Under the pieces are notes generated by a model that worked only from the letters and a program-made list of their open reading frames with translations, searched no databases and had not been told where the DNA came from. Shown here piece by piece: positions 18,372-28,600 of a stretch of DNA of 64,000 nt. The stretch comes from Candidatus Poribacteria bacterium (lineage in GTDB: Bacteria > Poribacteria > WGA-4E > GCA-2687025). The position numbers and the translations under genes were made by a program. Location of the stretch: positions 1,888,001 through 1,952,000 of the forward strand of contig OY762492.1 in assembly GCA_963665845.2 (NCBI GenBank), in the 5' to 3' direction. Numbering within the stretch: position 1 is the stretch's first letter; every line of letters begins with the position of its first letter.

Positions 18372-19184
18372 ATGAACAACGCGCATATCAACAGCCCCGA
18401 AATCGTCACGACGCCGACGTTCGACTGGCTCGCCGAAAAGACGATCCGCTGCCGCAGCAAGCTGCTCATCGGAAGCCCGTATGTCACGGACGCTTTACTG
18501 GAACTGTCGCGGCTCGCGCCGAAGGGAGTGTCCAAACGGCTCGTCACCCGAACCAAAATGGGCGATTTTAGAATGGGCATGTCCAGCCTAGACGCTTTAT
18601 GCGCGTTTGCCGAGGAGGGCGCCCGCGTCTATTCGCTCAACAATCTCCATGCCAAAATCTATGTGTTTGACGAATCGACCGCGCTGGTCACATCCGCAAA
18701 CGCGACGCAGGCGGGTCTGCGCAATAACTTAGAATGCGGGCTTGCAACCAGCGACGCATACATCGCGCGCCAGCTTTCCCTAGAGCTCATGAGCGGATTT
18801 GACAACGCGGATCCGCCCCGTAGAATGAAACTGAATGAGCTTCAGGGTATGCGGGATCCGCTGGAAACCGTGAGCGTTGAGATGCCGGAAACGGAAGACG
18901 AGCGCGAAGCGGAACCGGTCATATCGGCGCCCGACAGCGAAGCGTTTTTAAATTCATTTAAGGGATGGAATCGGATCGCGCTGCGCGGCGCGTTGTCGTT
19001 CAGCGGACGCGAATTTGAAACGTCTGAATTGTATCAGGCATGCAAGGCGGACGCGAAGCGCGAATATCCGAACAACAACAACCCGAATGCAAAAATCAGG
19101 CAACAGCTGCAGTTCCTGCGCGACATGGGGCTGATTGAATTTGTAAAAGACAAAACAGGCGTGTACCGGCTGCTCGTTAGCTAA
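18372..19184 (+). CDS. PLD-family nuclease fused to DpnI-type winged helix (putative 6mA-dependent restriction enzyme)
   Basis: HAKIYVFD (HxK) plus SANAT; C-terminal YPNNNNPNAKIRQQLQFLRDMGLIEF is the DpnI_C/Dam-replacing wH signature. Confidence 0.85.
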   Translation: MNNAHINSPEIVTTPTFDWLAEKTIRCRSKLLIGSPYVTDALLELSRLAPKGVSKRLVTRTKMGDFRMGMSSLDALCAFAEEGARVYSLNNLHAKIYVFDESTALVTSANATQAGLRNNLECGLATSDAYIARQLSLELMSGFDNADPPRRMKLNELQGMRDPLETVSVEMPETEDEREAEPVISAPDSEAFLNSFKGWNRIALRGALSFSGREFETSELYQACKADAKREYPNNNNPNAKIRQQLQFLRDMGLIEFVKDKTGVYRLLVS

Positions 19185-19681
19185 CCCCCGCGCTCCATAT
19201 GCTGTCGGATTTCAGCCAGCTCCGCCTGCGCGTTGCGCCAAAACTCTGTCGGTCGGGCGATCTCCTCCGCCAGCTCTTGATACGGCGCCGTTCCCGGTTC
19301 CGCATTGCGCCAATAGACCTCGTTCATCATCGTCTGATCAATGGCATTCACGACGTCGACTCCCTTGAGGATGCGCTCTAGGGCGTCCATGACCAGCTCA
19401 ACGTCCGGCTCCTCTTCATGCCATGTGACGTGGAACAGCGCCTCTTCAAATTTGGATTGGTCGGTTTCTAGATACAGATTGGCGAGAATCAGCGTTTCTA
19501 TGTCGGGCGGAAATTCGCGGAACAGAGAGCAGCCGCGGTTGAAATACGCCGCGACGCTGGCGACGCATTTTGGGTTGTCGGGCGTCGGCTGTTCTCTTGG
19601 GGTGAGGTCGGCGGTGTGGTCGTAGGCATCCTCGTTCTGCTTGATGAAGTCCAGCACGGTTTGGAGGCGGTCAAGGTTCAT
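19181..19681 (-). CDS. Hypothetical protein
   Basis: 166-aa ORF with purine-rich RBS; no recognised motif. Confidence 0.65.
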   Translation of the reverse strand: MNLDRLQTVLDFIKQNEDAYDHTADLTPREQPTPDNPKCVASVAAYFNRGCSLFREFPPDIETLILANLYLETDQSKFEEALFHVTWHEEEPDVELVMDALERILKGVDVVNAIDQTMMNEVYWRNAEPGTAPYQELAEEIARPTEFWRNAQAELAEIRQHMERGG

Positions 19682-19737
19682 TCATTTTCCCTTTCCCATC
19701 AATGATGTTCACACGCTAGCATGAAGGCGCGTAAGCG

Positions 19738-20499
19738 TCAACCGCGCCGAATCAAACGAAAACGCCGGACCGAAACAACGCCAAAATCGTCAGGCTCAAC
19801 GCCGTCGCTCAATTCAACCATCGCGATCGTGTTGTCCCCAAGCTCCTTAACCGCCAGAATTCGCCTCCCCAAATCTGAAAAGTCTTGGCGGACAAGCTTC
19901 GCCATATTGGAGATCTGCGCCCGTCCGATTCGGTCGTTTTCGGTTTGGCTTTTCGCTTCGATCGGCAGGACGAAAAGCTGCCCGTTTTCATCCACCCCTA
20001 TGTACAGCGCGTCCAGTTCAACCTCCCCGACATCCTGCACGGCGCTCCGATAGTGATTCTGCAAATGAAAGCAGGTCAAGCTCGTAAAGATGTCGACGAG
20101 TCGGTTGCAAAGAATCCGCGTCAGAAGCGACTGCTCATCCCGCCGAAGAAAACCTTCAACGACTTCGGGAATGGCGTTGTAAATGTCGATAGGGGCGTAG
20201 TCGCCGAAAGCGATTTCAAAAAAGGGCGGATTTTTCAAAAGGCGAAAAGCGTATCGCCCCCTGCCGGCTCCCATGATCGCCCAATTTCCCTTATCCCGAA
20301 CGCTTTGGGGCAGAGGTCGGCGCGAGCGGTACGTGTAGACAATGTCGGGTATGTTGCGCACTTGAAGACCGAGGTCGGCTAAGACCTCGTCGAATTCGTC
20401 TTTCTCAAATTCAAAGTAATGCGCGCCTTCTTCATAATGGCGTTCAAACACGGCGGCGATGGCTTGGTCATAAATTTGACGGGACATTCGTTGGTTCAC
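19738..20499 (-). CDS. Putative type II restriction endonuclease (PD-(D/E)XK)
   Basis: EVELDALY...PIEAKS catalytic-type motif; directly downstream of the MTase. Confidence 0.75.
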   Translation of the reverse strand: MNQRMSRQIYDQAIAAVFERHYEEGAHYFEFEKDEFDEVLADLGLQVRNIPDIVYTYRSRRPLPQSVRDKGNWAIMGAGRGRYAFRLLKNPPFFEIAFGDYAPIDIYNAIPEVVEGFLRRDEQSLLTRILCNRLVDIFTSLTCFHLQNHYRSAVQDVGEVELDALYIGVDENGQLFVLPIEAKSQTENDRIGRAQISNMAKLVRQDFSDLGRRILAVKELGDNTIAMVELSDGVEPDDFGVVSVRRFRLIRRG

Positions 20500-20503
20500 A
20501 GCC

Positions 20504-21853
20504 TCAAGGCGCGCGGAGGATCAACACATTTTCGTCTAGGTTCGCTCTTGTGACGGTGGAGCGGCGCGTTCGCCAGAGCTCTATGCCCTCAACCTTGTAG
20601 CCTGCTTTGACGGCGACATCCGCCAGCAATTGAGCGGTATAAATGGGTATTCGGAAAAACGACGCTTGGTCGCCGACAACATATGCGCATCGCGCGCCTT
20701 TCCGCAAACGCCGCCGCAGCTCCGCCAAATGGCGAAACATGCCGCCAAAATAGAGCGAGACAACGCGGTGGTATTGACGCTCGAATCCGGACGTCTTGCC
20801 CAGCTCTATCCGCTTCTTTTCGATGGCGGCGGCGACGTTGACGACCGAGGGGATGTCGCGTATATGCCAGTTGTCGTCGTCGTTGACGTACGTGTTTCGC
20901 GTGTTGCTTCGCAGCAGATGCGATTTCAAAGCGCGCAGGTCCGCGTTGTTTTTGAGATACCCTAGCAGCACATTCTCAAGGCGCGTGCTGCGCGTATAAT
21001 CTTTTTCGTTCGGATACGGCGGCGATGTGATCACAATTCTGATTTGAGACCGCGGCTCGATTCCGTCCAGCGTCCGCGCGTCCGCCATCGTCACTTGAGC
21101 GGTCGGATAATCGCCGGAGAATCTTGGCAATATCAAGGCGAGATCGGACATCATGCGGCTCGCTGTTTGGTAAAACGCGCCCAGTACATCGACATCCTCT
21201 TTTTCCTCTGTTCGGTATATTTCAGGTCCGAATCCGATATTGCCCGCGGTGGAAACGATCGTGTTTGCCAGCGCAAGACGGAAAAAATCGGCGATGTCCG
21301 GCTCCGATACGGCGCGTTCAACAGCGTTCCGCAGCGACAACACTCTCAACAGCGGCTTGTCGCTGATAAAGCCTTTCGGGATGATCTTGCTCGTTTCGGG
21401 GGCGATGTACTCTTCAGGAACGAAGGAGGCGTCTTGATGATCTGTATCGAAGGCTGTTTTCTCTCGCAGAGCAAACAGGCGCGGTTGGTCGTCAGCCGTA
21501 TCTGGACCTGGATTGAGATCGAAGGTTTTAAGCGAGCCGGCGGCTAATTCAAGAACGTCTGCAAGCCGAGATTTCGTTTTTTCAAGATGAATCTGCCAGT
21601 TCAGTTTTGCTCTAGCGGCAAGCAGCGCAATGGGGTTCGCGTCAGAACTGATCGAGTGGTACCCCTGCATTCTCGCTTCGACAGGCGTTGTGGCGGTTCC
21701 GCAAAACGGATCGAATACGATGTCTTTGTCAGGGTTCGCATCCAGCCGCTCAAGATATTCCCGAACCAAATGGGGCGGATAACCCAGCACAAAACGGTAC
21801 CATCCGTGGATCGGTTTATCTTCCGTTTTCAGCTTATTTTTGGTTGAATTCAT
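20504..21853 (-). CDS. DNA amino-methyltransferase, probably N4-cytosine
   Basis: Motif I DPFCGTAT and motif IV TSPPY in alpha order. Confidence 0.88.
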   Translation of the reverse strand: MNSTKNKLKTEDKPIHGWYRFVLGYPPHLVREYLERLDANPDKDIVFDPFCGTATTPVEARMQGYHSISSDANPIALLAARAKLNWQIHLEKTKSRLADVLELAAGSLKTFDLNPGPDTADDQPRLFALREKTAFDTDHQDASFVPEEYIAPETSKIIPKGFISDKPLLRVLSLRNAVERAVSEPDIADFFRLALANTIVSTAGNIGFGPEIYRTEEKEDVDVLGAFYQTASRMMSDLALILPRFSGDYPTAQVTMADARTLDGIEPRSQIRIVITSPPYPNEKDYTRSTRLENVLLGYLKNNADLRALKSHLLRSNTRNTYVNDDDNWHIRDIPSVVNVAAAIEKKRIELGKTSGFERQYHRVVSLYFGGMFRHLAELRRRLRKGARCAYVVGDQASFFRIPIYTAQLLADVAVKAGYKVEGIELWRTRRSTVTRANLDENVLILRAP

Positions 21854-21868
21854 GTCTAGTCTTTCGCG

Positions 21869-23275
21869 TCAACCCGAAAAAAGCGACAGCCCCCCTATCA
21901 GGCTCATCCGCCGTTCCGTCGTGAAGTGGGAGGGTCTGGTGAACCCTTCCCCCGTCCGCCCCGCCACCGACATCGCCAAGAACCCCGGCCCGCCGATGCC
22001 GCCGCACACAAACGACGGCGCGTTCGCCACCAGGATGCCGACCTGCATTGCCCGCGCGTAGTCGCCGACCCTGTCGGTCCGCGCCGTGTGGATCATGGCG
22101 GTATGTCCGCGCCCGCCCTCGATCTGAACGCAGACCTGAACCGCCTGCTCAAACGAACGGGCGCGCACAATCGGGACAATCGGCGTCAAAAACTCCTCCA
22201 TCGCCAGGACATGATCAGCCGACGTCTCCGCCAGAACCGCCAGGTCGTCCGCCGACCCGCGGACGCCCGCCGCCTCCAGCAGAACAGACGCGTTCTGTCC
22301 GATCATCTCTGGGCAATGTTTGCCTTCGTCGGTCAAAACGGCGTTCATGAGCCTCGGCAGTTCGCTGGGTCTGAGCAGCCTTCCGCCTTGGCGCGTCATC
22401 TGGCGCAGCAGTTCGTCCGCCGCCGAGTCGACGACGACGCATGCTTTTTCGCCGATGCAGAGCAGGTTGTTGTCGAATGAGGCGCCTTCGATGACGGCGC
22501 GCGCCGCATTTTCTAGGTTGGCCGTTTCGTCCACGAGCGCGGGCGGGTTGCCGGGTCCTGCCGCCCATGTTTTTTTGCCCGATTCCAAGGCGGCGCGCAC
22601 GACGCCTCCTCCGCCTGTCGCGCAGACGGCGTCCACCTCCGCATGCTTCATGAGCGCGGACGCATGGCGCAGGGACGGCTCGGCGACCGCCGTCAACAGG
22701 TTCGGCGGTCCGCCCGCCGACACGATCGCCTCGTTCAGATACGCCATCGTTTGAAGGCAGCAGTTTGCCGCTCTCGGATGCGGGCTGAAGACGACCGCGT
22801 TTCCGCCCGCGAGCATGATGATCGCGTTGTTGATGATGGTGGAGGTCGGGTTCGTCGTCGGGGTGATCGCGTTGATGACGCCGATGGGGGCGCGTTCCAC
22901 AATCAGGACGCCGTGTTCGTTCGTTTCCGCCTGCGCCTGTATCTCTTCGACGCCTGGGCTGAGGTTGGCGGCGCCTTCATTTTTGACCAGCTTATGTTCA
23001 GGGCGCCCCATTTTCGTTTCGGCTGCCGCCATGTCTGCCAGCTCTTGGGCGCGCTCCCGACTGACCCGCCGCATCGCGTCGATGATGTCGGCGCGCATCT
23101 CCATGCCGCTTTGGGCGTATGTTTTTTGCGCGTCGCGCGCCGCGGCGACCGCCTCGTCAGGCGTCTCAAAAATGCCCGCGCCCGACGGACGCGCGACTGA
23201 CAGCGCGGTTGGCTTCTCCTGCGTCAGTTCGCGCACCACTCGTTCGGCGATTTGCCGTATCTTCGCTTCATCCAT
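21869..23275 (-). CDS. BMC-associated acylating aldehyde dehydrogenase (EutE/PduP-like)
   Basis: PTTNPT, ATGGGGVV, GPGNPP, SFDNNLLCIGEK; N-terminal encapsulation peptide MDEAKIRQIAERVVREL. Confidence 0.92.
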   Translation of the reverse strand: MDEAKIRQIAERVVRELTQEKPTALSVARPSGAGIFETPDEAVAAARDAQKTYAQSGMEMRADIIDAMRRVSRERAQELADMAAAETKMGRPEHKLVKNEGAANLSPGVEEIQAQAETNEHGVLIVERAPIGVINAITPTTNPTSTIINNAIIMLAGGNAVVFSPHPRAANCCLQTMAYLNEAIVSAGGPPNLLTAVAEPSLRHASALMKHAEVDAVCATGGGGVVRAALESGKKTWAAGPGNPPALVDETANLENAARAVIEGASFDNNLLCIGEKACVVVDSAADELLRQMTRQGGRLLRPSELPRLMNAVLTDEGKHCPEMIGQNASVLLEAAGVRGSADDLAVLAETSADHVLAMEEFLTPIVPIVRARSFEQAVQVCVQIEGGRGHTAMIHTARTDRVGDYARAMQVGILVANAPSFVCGGIGGPGFLAMSVAGRTGEGFTRPSHFTTERRMSLIGGLSLFSG

Positions 23276-23349
23276 GCCGCCTGCGCCTCTCCTCACCTCG
23301 TTTTATATAATGACGCCCTGAATTGCCATGCCGACATCAACCGCCGCAT

Positions 23350-23445
23350 CCGATTCCCCCCTTGAAAAGGGGGGCTAGGGGGGTTTAAAGGACGCGGACG
23401 GTTTCTGCGATGCCCCTAGATTCCCGCTTACGCGGGAATGACTGT
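23350..23445. repeat. CCCCCTTGAAAAGGGGG hairpin plus ATTCCCGC-N-GCGGGAATGAC REP-like palindrome
   Basis: Same motifs recur many times in the window. Confidence 0.8.
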
Positions 23446-23468
23446 TGCGGTTCGCCCCTGCGGTTCGC

Positions 23469-23771
23469 TTATTCGCCTGAAGATTCTGCCGCGGCGCGCG
23501 CGATCGGGAGTACCGCCTCCGTTTCGGCATGCGGCCGCGGGATCACATGCACCGAGACGAGTTCCCCGACGGAGCGCGCCGATTCCGCCCCCGCTTCGGT
23601 CGCCGCTTTGACGGCTCCGACATCGCCGCGCACCAGCACGGTCACCAGTCCGCCGCCCACCTTTTCCATGCCGACGATGTTCACATTCGCCGCTTTCACC
23701 ATGGCGTCCGCCGCTTCGACGGCTCCCACCAGTCCGCGCGTTTCAACCAGTCCCAACGCTTCGCCTGCCAT
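23469..23771 (-). CDS. Bacterial microcompartment hexameric shell protein (BMC-H, EutM/PduA-like)
   Basis: [26 protein letters not shown]...GDVGAVKAA...HVIPRPH. Confidence 0.96.
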   Translation of the reverse strand: MAGEALGLVETRGLVGAVEAADAMVKAANVNIVGMEKVGGGLVTVLVRGDVGAVKAATEAGAESARSVGELVSVHVIPRPHAETEAVLPIARAAAESSGE

Positions 23772-23822
23772 ATTCGCCGCTCCTTTTTCGGTTTCGTTTC
23801 GAAAACTTGTTCATAGCCGCGC

Positions 23823-24647
23823 CTACGATAAGGACGCAGCCCGCTCCTCTAACACTTCCGCCGCCACTCTCGCAATCAAAGCGGTCAACCGCTCCTCATT
23901 TATATCTTCCGACATCTCTTCCGCCGCTTCTTTCGTTTTTCCGCTGGAGGCGCCCTGATGCGCCTCTTGAATGCGCGGGTTCACATCGCACAGCGGAACG
24001 CGCGACCCCAGCCCCAGCCGCTCGCGCAGCTCCAGCAGCTCCTGCGCCTCTTGGGTCGTCAGCTCCTTGACGCCGCCCAGCGTTTTCGCCACCCATGTGA
24101 TATGCGCCGTATGCTCCAGCGTTTCCATTTTATAGTACGCGTCCATCGGGCTGGCGCCGACCGTCACCGCGCCATGATTCGCCAAGAGTATCGCGTCGCA
24201 GCTTTCGATGAGATGGTCAATCGACTGGGGCAGTTTCTCGCCGCCGGGCGTCGCATACGGCGCGAGCGGAATGCATCCGAACGAGACGATCGTCTCCGGC
24301 AGCGTCAACTCATCCAGCGCCAGCCCCGCCAACGCAAACCCGGTCGCTTTAGGCGGATGCGCATGCGCCACCGCGTGGACGTCCGGGCGCCGCCGGTAGC
24401 AATGCAGATGAAGCCTTATCTCCGACGACGGGGACAGATACCCCTCCAGCTGCTCTCCCTGCGCGTTCAGCTTGCTGATCATGTCAGGGGTAATGGAGCC
24501 TTTGCTGACGCCGGTCGGCGTCGCCAGAATATTCCCGTCTTTCAGCCGCGCGGTGATATTTCCGTCGTTCGACGCGACCATGTTGCGGGCGTATAGACGC
24601 CGCCCCGCCTCGCAGATTTCTTCGCGCAACCGCTTCTCGTCAGACAT
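23823..24647 (-). CDS. Class II aldolase (fuculose/rhamnulose-1-phosphate aldolase-like) with C-terminal encapsulation peptide
   Basis: GNITAR, TPTGVSKG, PSSE..LH, HAHP, LANHG; C-terminal EERLTALIARVAAEVL. Confidence 0.9.
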   Translation of the reverse strand: MSDEKRLREEICEAGRRLYARNMVASNDGNITARLKDGNILATPTGVSKGSITPDMISKLNAQGEQLEGYLSPSSEIRLHLHCYRRRPDVHAVAHAHPPKATGFALAGLALDELTLPETIVSFGCIPLAPYATPGGEKLPQSIDHLIESCDAILLANHGAVTVGASPMDAYYKMETLEHTAHITWVAKTLGGVKELTTQEAQELLELRERLGLGSRVPLCDVNPRIQEAHQGASSGKTKEAAEEMSEDINEERLTALIARVAAEVLEERAASLS

Positions 24648-24775
24648 CAACCGCCCCCTGAACCGCGTTTAAATGAACGCCTATAATGTAGCGCCGATAG
24701 CCGCGCGATTCAATACAAGGTTTTCTGACAGCGGTACGCTCATACGGCGATATTCGCGGCGCCGCGGCAACGACT

Positions 24776-24862
24776 CCCCCTTGAAAAGGGGAGAGTTCTG
24801 GAAGCCCCCTTGAAAAGGGGAGAGTTCTGGAAGCCCCCCTTGAAAAGGGGGGTTGGGGGGTT
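24776..24862. repeat. Tandem 29-bp CCCCCTTGAAAAGGGG repeat (~3 copies)
   Basis: cccccttgaaaaggggagagttctggaag x2 plus terminal hairpin. Confidence 0.85.
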
Positions 24863-24915
24863 TTCGGCGCCATCGAAACCGTTCGCGTTCACCCCAAGCG
24901 TCCATACTACCCGCC

Positions 24916-25411
24916 GTCATTCCCGCGCAAGCGGGAATCTAGAGGCAGACCCGAAGCCGTCCGCATCCCCGGCCGTCATTCCCGCGTAAGCGGGAATCCA
25001 GAGGCAAACCCGAAATCGTCCGCGTTCACCCCAGGCGTCTGGCGGTCCAAAAAGTCATTCCTGCGCAAGCGGGAATCCAGAGGCAGACCCGAAGCCGTCC
25101 GCATACCCGGCCGTCATTCCCGCGTAAGCGGGAATCCAGAGGCAAACCCGAAATCGTCCGCGTTCACCCCAGGCGTCTGGCGGTCCAAAAAGTCATTCCC
25201 GCGCAAGCGGGAATCTAGAGGCAGACCCGAAGCCGTCCGCATCCCCGGCCGTCATTCCCGCGTAAGCGGGAATCCAGAGGCAAACCCGAAATCGTCCGCG
25301 TTCACCCCAGGCGTCTGGCGGTCCAAAAGTCATTCCCGCGCAAGCGGGAATCCAGAGGCAGACCCGAAGCCGTCCGCATCCCCGGCCGTCATTCCCGCGT
25401 AAGCGGGAATC
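24916..25411 (+). repeat. REP/dRS3-like palindrome array: 8 copies of GTCATTCCCGCG(C/T)AAGCGGGAATC with two alternating linkers (138-bp period)
   Basis: Period units start at 24916, 25054, 25192 and 25329; the linkers themselves repeat. Confidence 0.9.
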
Positions 25412-25585
25412 TTAGCCGCTGTTGTCGTCTGAACTAGGATTGCCAAGATGGAAAAGATTGCCAAGAAAATTCCCGCGCGCCGCTAATCTTGGCAATCTTA
25501 ATCATCCTTCCATCCTAGTTCAAAACCAATCCCCAACCCGCGCCTAAGATTCCCGTTTTCACGGGAATGACGGAAAGGGCGCCGC
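25329..25585 (+). repeat. ~257-bp composite direct repeat, left of the R-M gene
   Basis: Colinear and highly similar to 28801-29057. Confidence 0.85.
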
Positions 25586-25621
25586 TTGCGCTCATGCGCG
25601 GAAGGCGCTATAAACGTGTCC

Positions 25622-28600
25622 ATGCCGAAACTGAACCTGAAAACGACGCATAAGGCGGTCAAGGATTACTACGCCGCCATGAAAACCCTAGACGCCCAAG
25701 GCGCTCGGCACGAAGGCGCTGTCAGCCCGCCGTTCTATGCGCTCCTTGAGCATTGCGCAAAAAAGATGAACGCCGCATGCCAACGCGAATATCGAATGCA
25801 GGGCAGCCGCGGCAACATCTTCATCGACGGAGCCGTCCTGCATGAGCTGGGCTTGCCGTTCGCTTACTGGGAAGCGAAAGACATCCATGACAACCTCGCC
25901 AAAGCCGTTCAGCAGAAACGGGAGGCGGGCTACCCGTTCGACAACATCCTGTTCCAGACGCCCAAACAAGCGATCCTGTTTCAAAATGAGCAGGAAACGC
26001 TGAACGCCGACATCTCCGTACCGAAAAACCTGGTCAAAACGCTGGAGCTGCTGTTTGAATATGAGCGTCCGGAATTCGGCAACTGGGACGCCGCCGCTTC
26101 AGAATTCCGAGAGCATGTCCCCGCCATCGCCAAAACGCTCAAAGCAAAAGTCCAAACGCAGCGCGACACCGACAGCGGCTTCGCCCAAGCCTTCGACCGA
26201 TTTTATGAAACATGCCGCGCCTCCATCAACCCCGACCTGTCGACAGAAGCGGTCGAAGAGATGCTGATACAGCATATCCTGACGGAGCGCATCTTCCGAA
26301 CCGTCTTCCACAACTCCAACTTCACCAGGCGAAACATCATCGCGCGGGAGATCGAAGATGTCGTGGACATCCTCATGAGAGAGGCGATCAGCCGAGAGGT
26401 TTATCTCCAACAGCTCGACCGGTATTACAACGCCGTTGAGCAGGCGGCGAAGTCCTGCCAAGAGTTTTCGCAAAAACAGCGGCTCCTGAACGCGTTCTAT
26501 GAAACCTTTTTTCAAAGCTACTCCAAAGACGCCGCCGACACGCATGGGATCGTCTACACGCCGCAGCCGATCGTCGAGTTCATGGTCAACAGCGTTCAAC
26601 ATCTCCTGAAAACCGAGTTCAACCGAAGCCTCTCCAGCGAAGGCGTCCATATCATCGATCCGTTTGTCGGCACCGGCAATTTCATCGTCCGGCTCATGCG
26701 CGAAATCAAACGGACGGCGCTGGAGCGTAAATACGCCCATGAGCTGCACTGCGCAGAGGTCATGCTGCTGCCGTACTACATCGCCAGCCTGAACATCGAG
26801 CAGGAGTATTTTGAGCGGACAAAGGCGTATCGCCAGTATGAAAAGATCGTCCTCGCCGACACCTTTGAACTGATGGAGACGCCGCAGGGTCAGCTGTTCA
26901 CCGAAGAGAACGACAAGCGCGCCAAAGAGCAGAGAGACGCGGATATGTTCGTCGTCATCGGCAATCCGCCGTATAACGCGGGGCAGGTGAACGAGAACGA
27001 CAACAACAAGAACCGCAAGTACGAGATCATGGATGGGCGCGTCCGCGACACTTACGCCGCTGATTCAAAGGCTAGAAATAAAAATGCGCTTTACGATCCA
27101 TACGTAAAGGCTATCCGCTGGGCGTCAGATCGGATCAAGGATGAAGGCGTCGTTGCATTTGTGACGAACAACGGCTTTCTGGACGGCATGGCCTTTGACG
27201 GCATGCGCAAACATCTCGAGGAAGATTTTGACGCGGTCTATGTTTTGGATTTAGGCGGCAACGCGCGAAAAGGACTGAAGGTCGCCGACGCCAACGTGTT
27301 CGGAATCCGCGTCGGCGTCAGTATCAATCTGTTCATCAAGACGAAGCAGAGTCCGTCTAAGAAAGCGCGCATCTTTTACCATCGCGCCGACGACATGTGG
27401 AACAAGGAGCAGAAATTCGCTTTCATGAGCGAGCGGAAACATGTAGGCGGCGTTGAATGGCAAGAGGTACATCCCGACGCGAATCATACATGGTTGACGG
27501 AAGGGCTGCATCCCGAATTCCACATGTTTATCCCGATAGGCAGCAAAAAGGCAAAGGCTTTAAAAGGCTCCGCGTCGGATGTTATTTTCAAGATCTACAG
27601 CGCTGGCGTTAAAACGAACCGCGACGCTTGGGCTATCAATTTCAACCGAAACGCCCTTGATGCCAACGTTCAGCGGATGATCGAAAACTACAACATCGAA
27701 GTGGACAGGTGGAAACGGCGCGGAGACGATGACGCAAATGCGAGTGATTTTGTAACTTATGACGATACAAAAATCAGCTGGAGCAGTGGACTTAGAAACA
27801 AATTGGAGAGGGGAGTGATCGCTGAATTCGATGAAGAAAAGTTGCGCACTTTGCTCTACCGCCCATTTACTAAATCAAACATTTATTTTGACAGAATGTT
27901 GGCGGAGCGCGTGTATGTCTTCCCTTCCATATTTCCAACGCCAGAGACCGAAACGGAAAATTATGTGATTTGCGTAAATCAAACGCAGGAGAAGCCATTT
28001 ACATGCGTATTGACCGGCTGTCTCCCCGATCTCGTTTCTACTGGAGGATTCGGTTCGCCAACGCAGTGCTTCCCGTTTTACACCTATGACGAGGACGGCT
28101 CCAACCGTCAGGAAAACATCACGGATTGGGCGTTGTCCGCCTTCCGTTCGCATTACGGCGATTCGTCCATTTCCAAATGGGACATTTTCCATTACGTCTA
28201 CGGGCTGCTGCATCATCCGGACTACCGAGAGCGTTATGAGAAGAATCTGAAGCGGGACCTGCCGCATATTCCGTTTGCGCCTGAATTCCGCGCGTTTGCG
28301 TCGGCGGGGCGGGAGTTGGCGGATCTGCATGTGAATTACGAATCGGCGGAGCCGTATGCGCTGAAAACGGAAGAGGCGGATGAAGCGCCGCTCGATTTTT
28401 GGCGGGCGGAGAAGATGCGCTTCTCCAAAGACAAGACGGCGATTGCGTATAACGATTATTTGACGCTGTCGGGCATACCGCCTGCGGCTCTGGAGTATCG
28501 TTTGGGGAATCGGTCGGCGCTGGAGTGGGTCGTGAATCAGTATCAGGTAAAGACAGACAAGCGCAGCGGCATCGTGAACGACCCGAACCGCCCCGACGAT

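Noticed and set aside
16070-21853. Prophage or ICE
   Set aside because: No structural, replication, integrase or conjugation genes; only a cluster of defence-type genes.
24916-25411. CRISPR array (regularly spaced palindromic repeats)
   Set aside because: The 'spacers' are two alternating, repeated linkers of unequal length; the repeat is dispersed through the window in both orientations; there are no cas genes.
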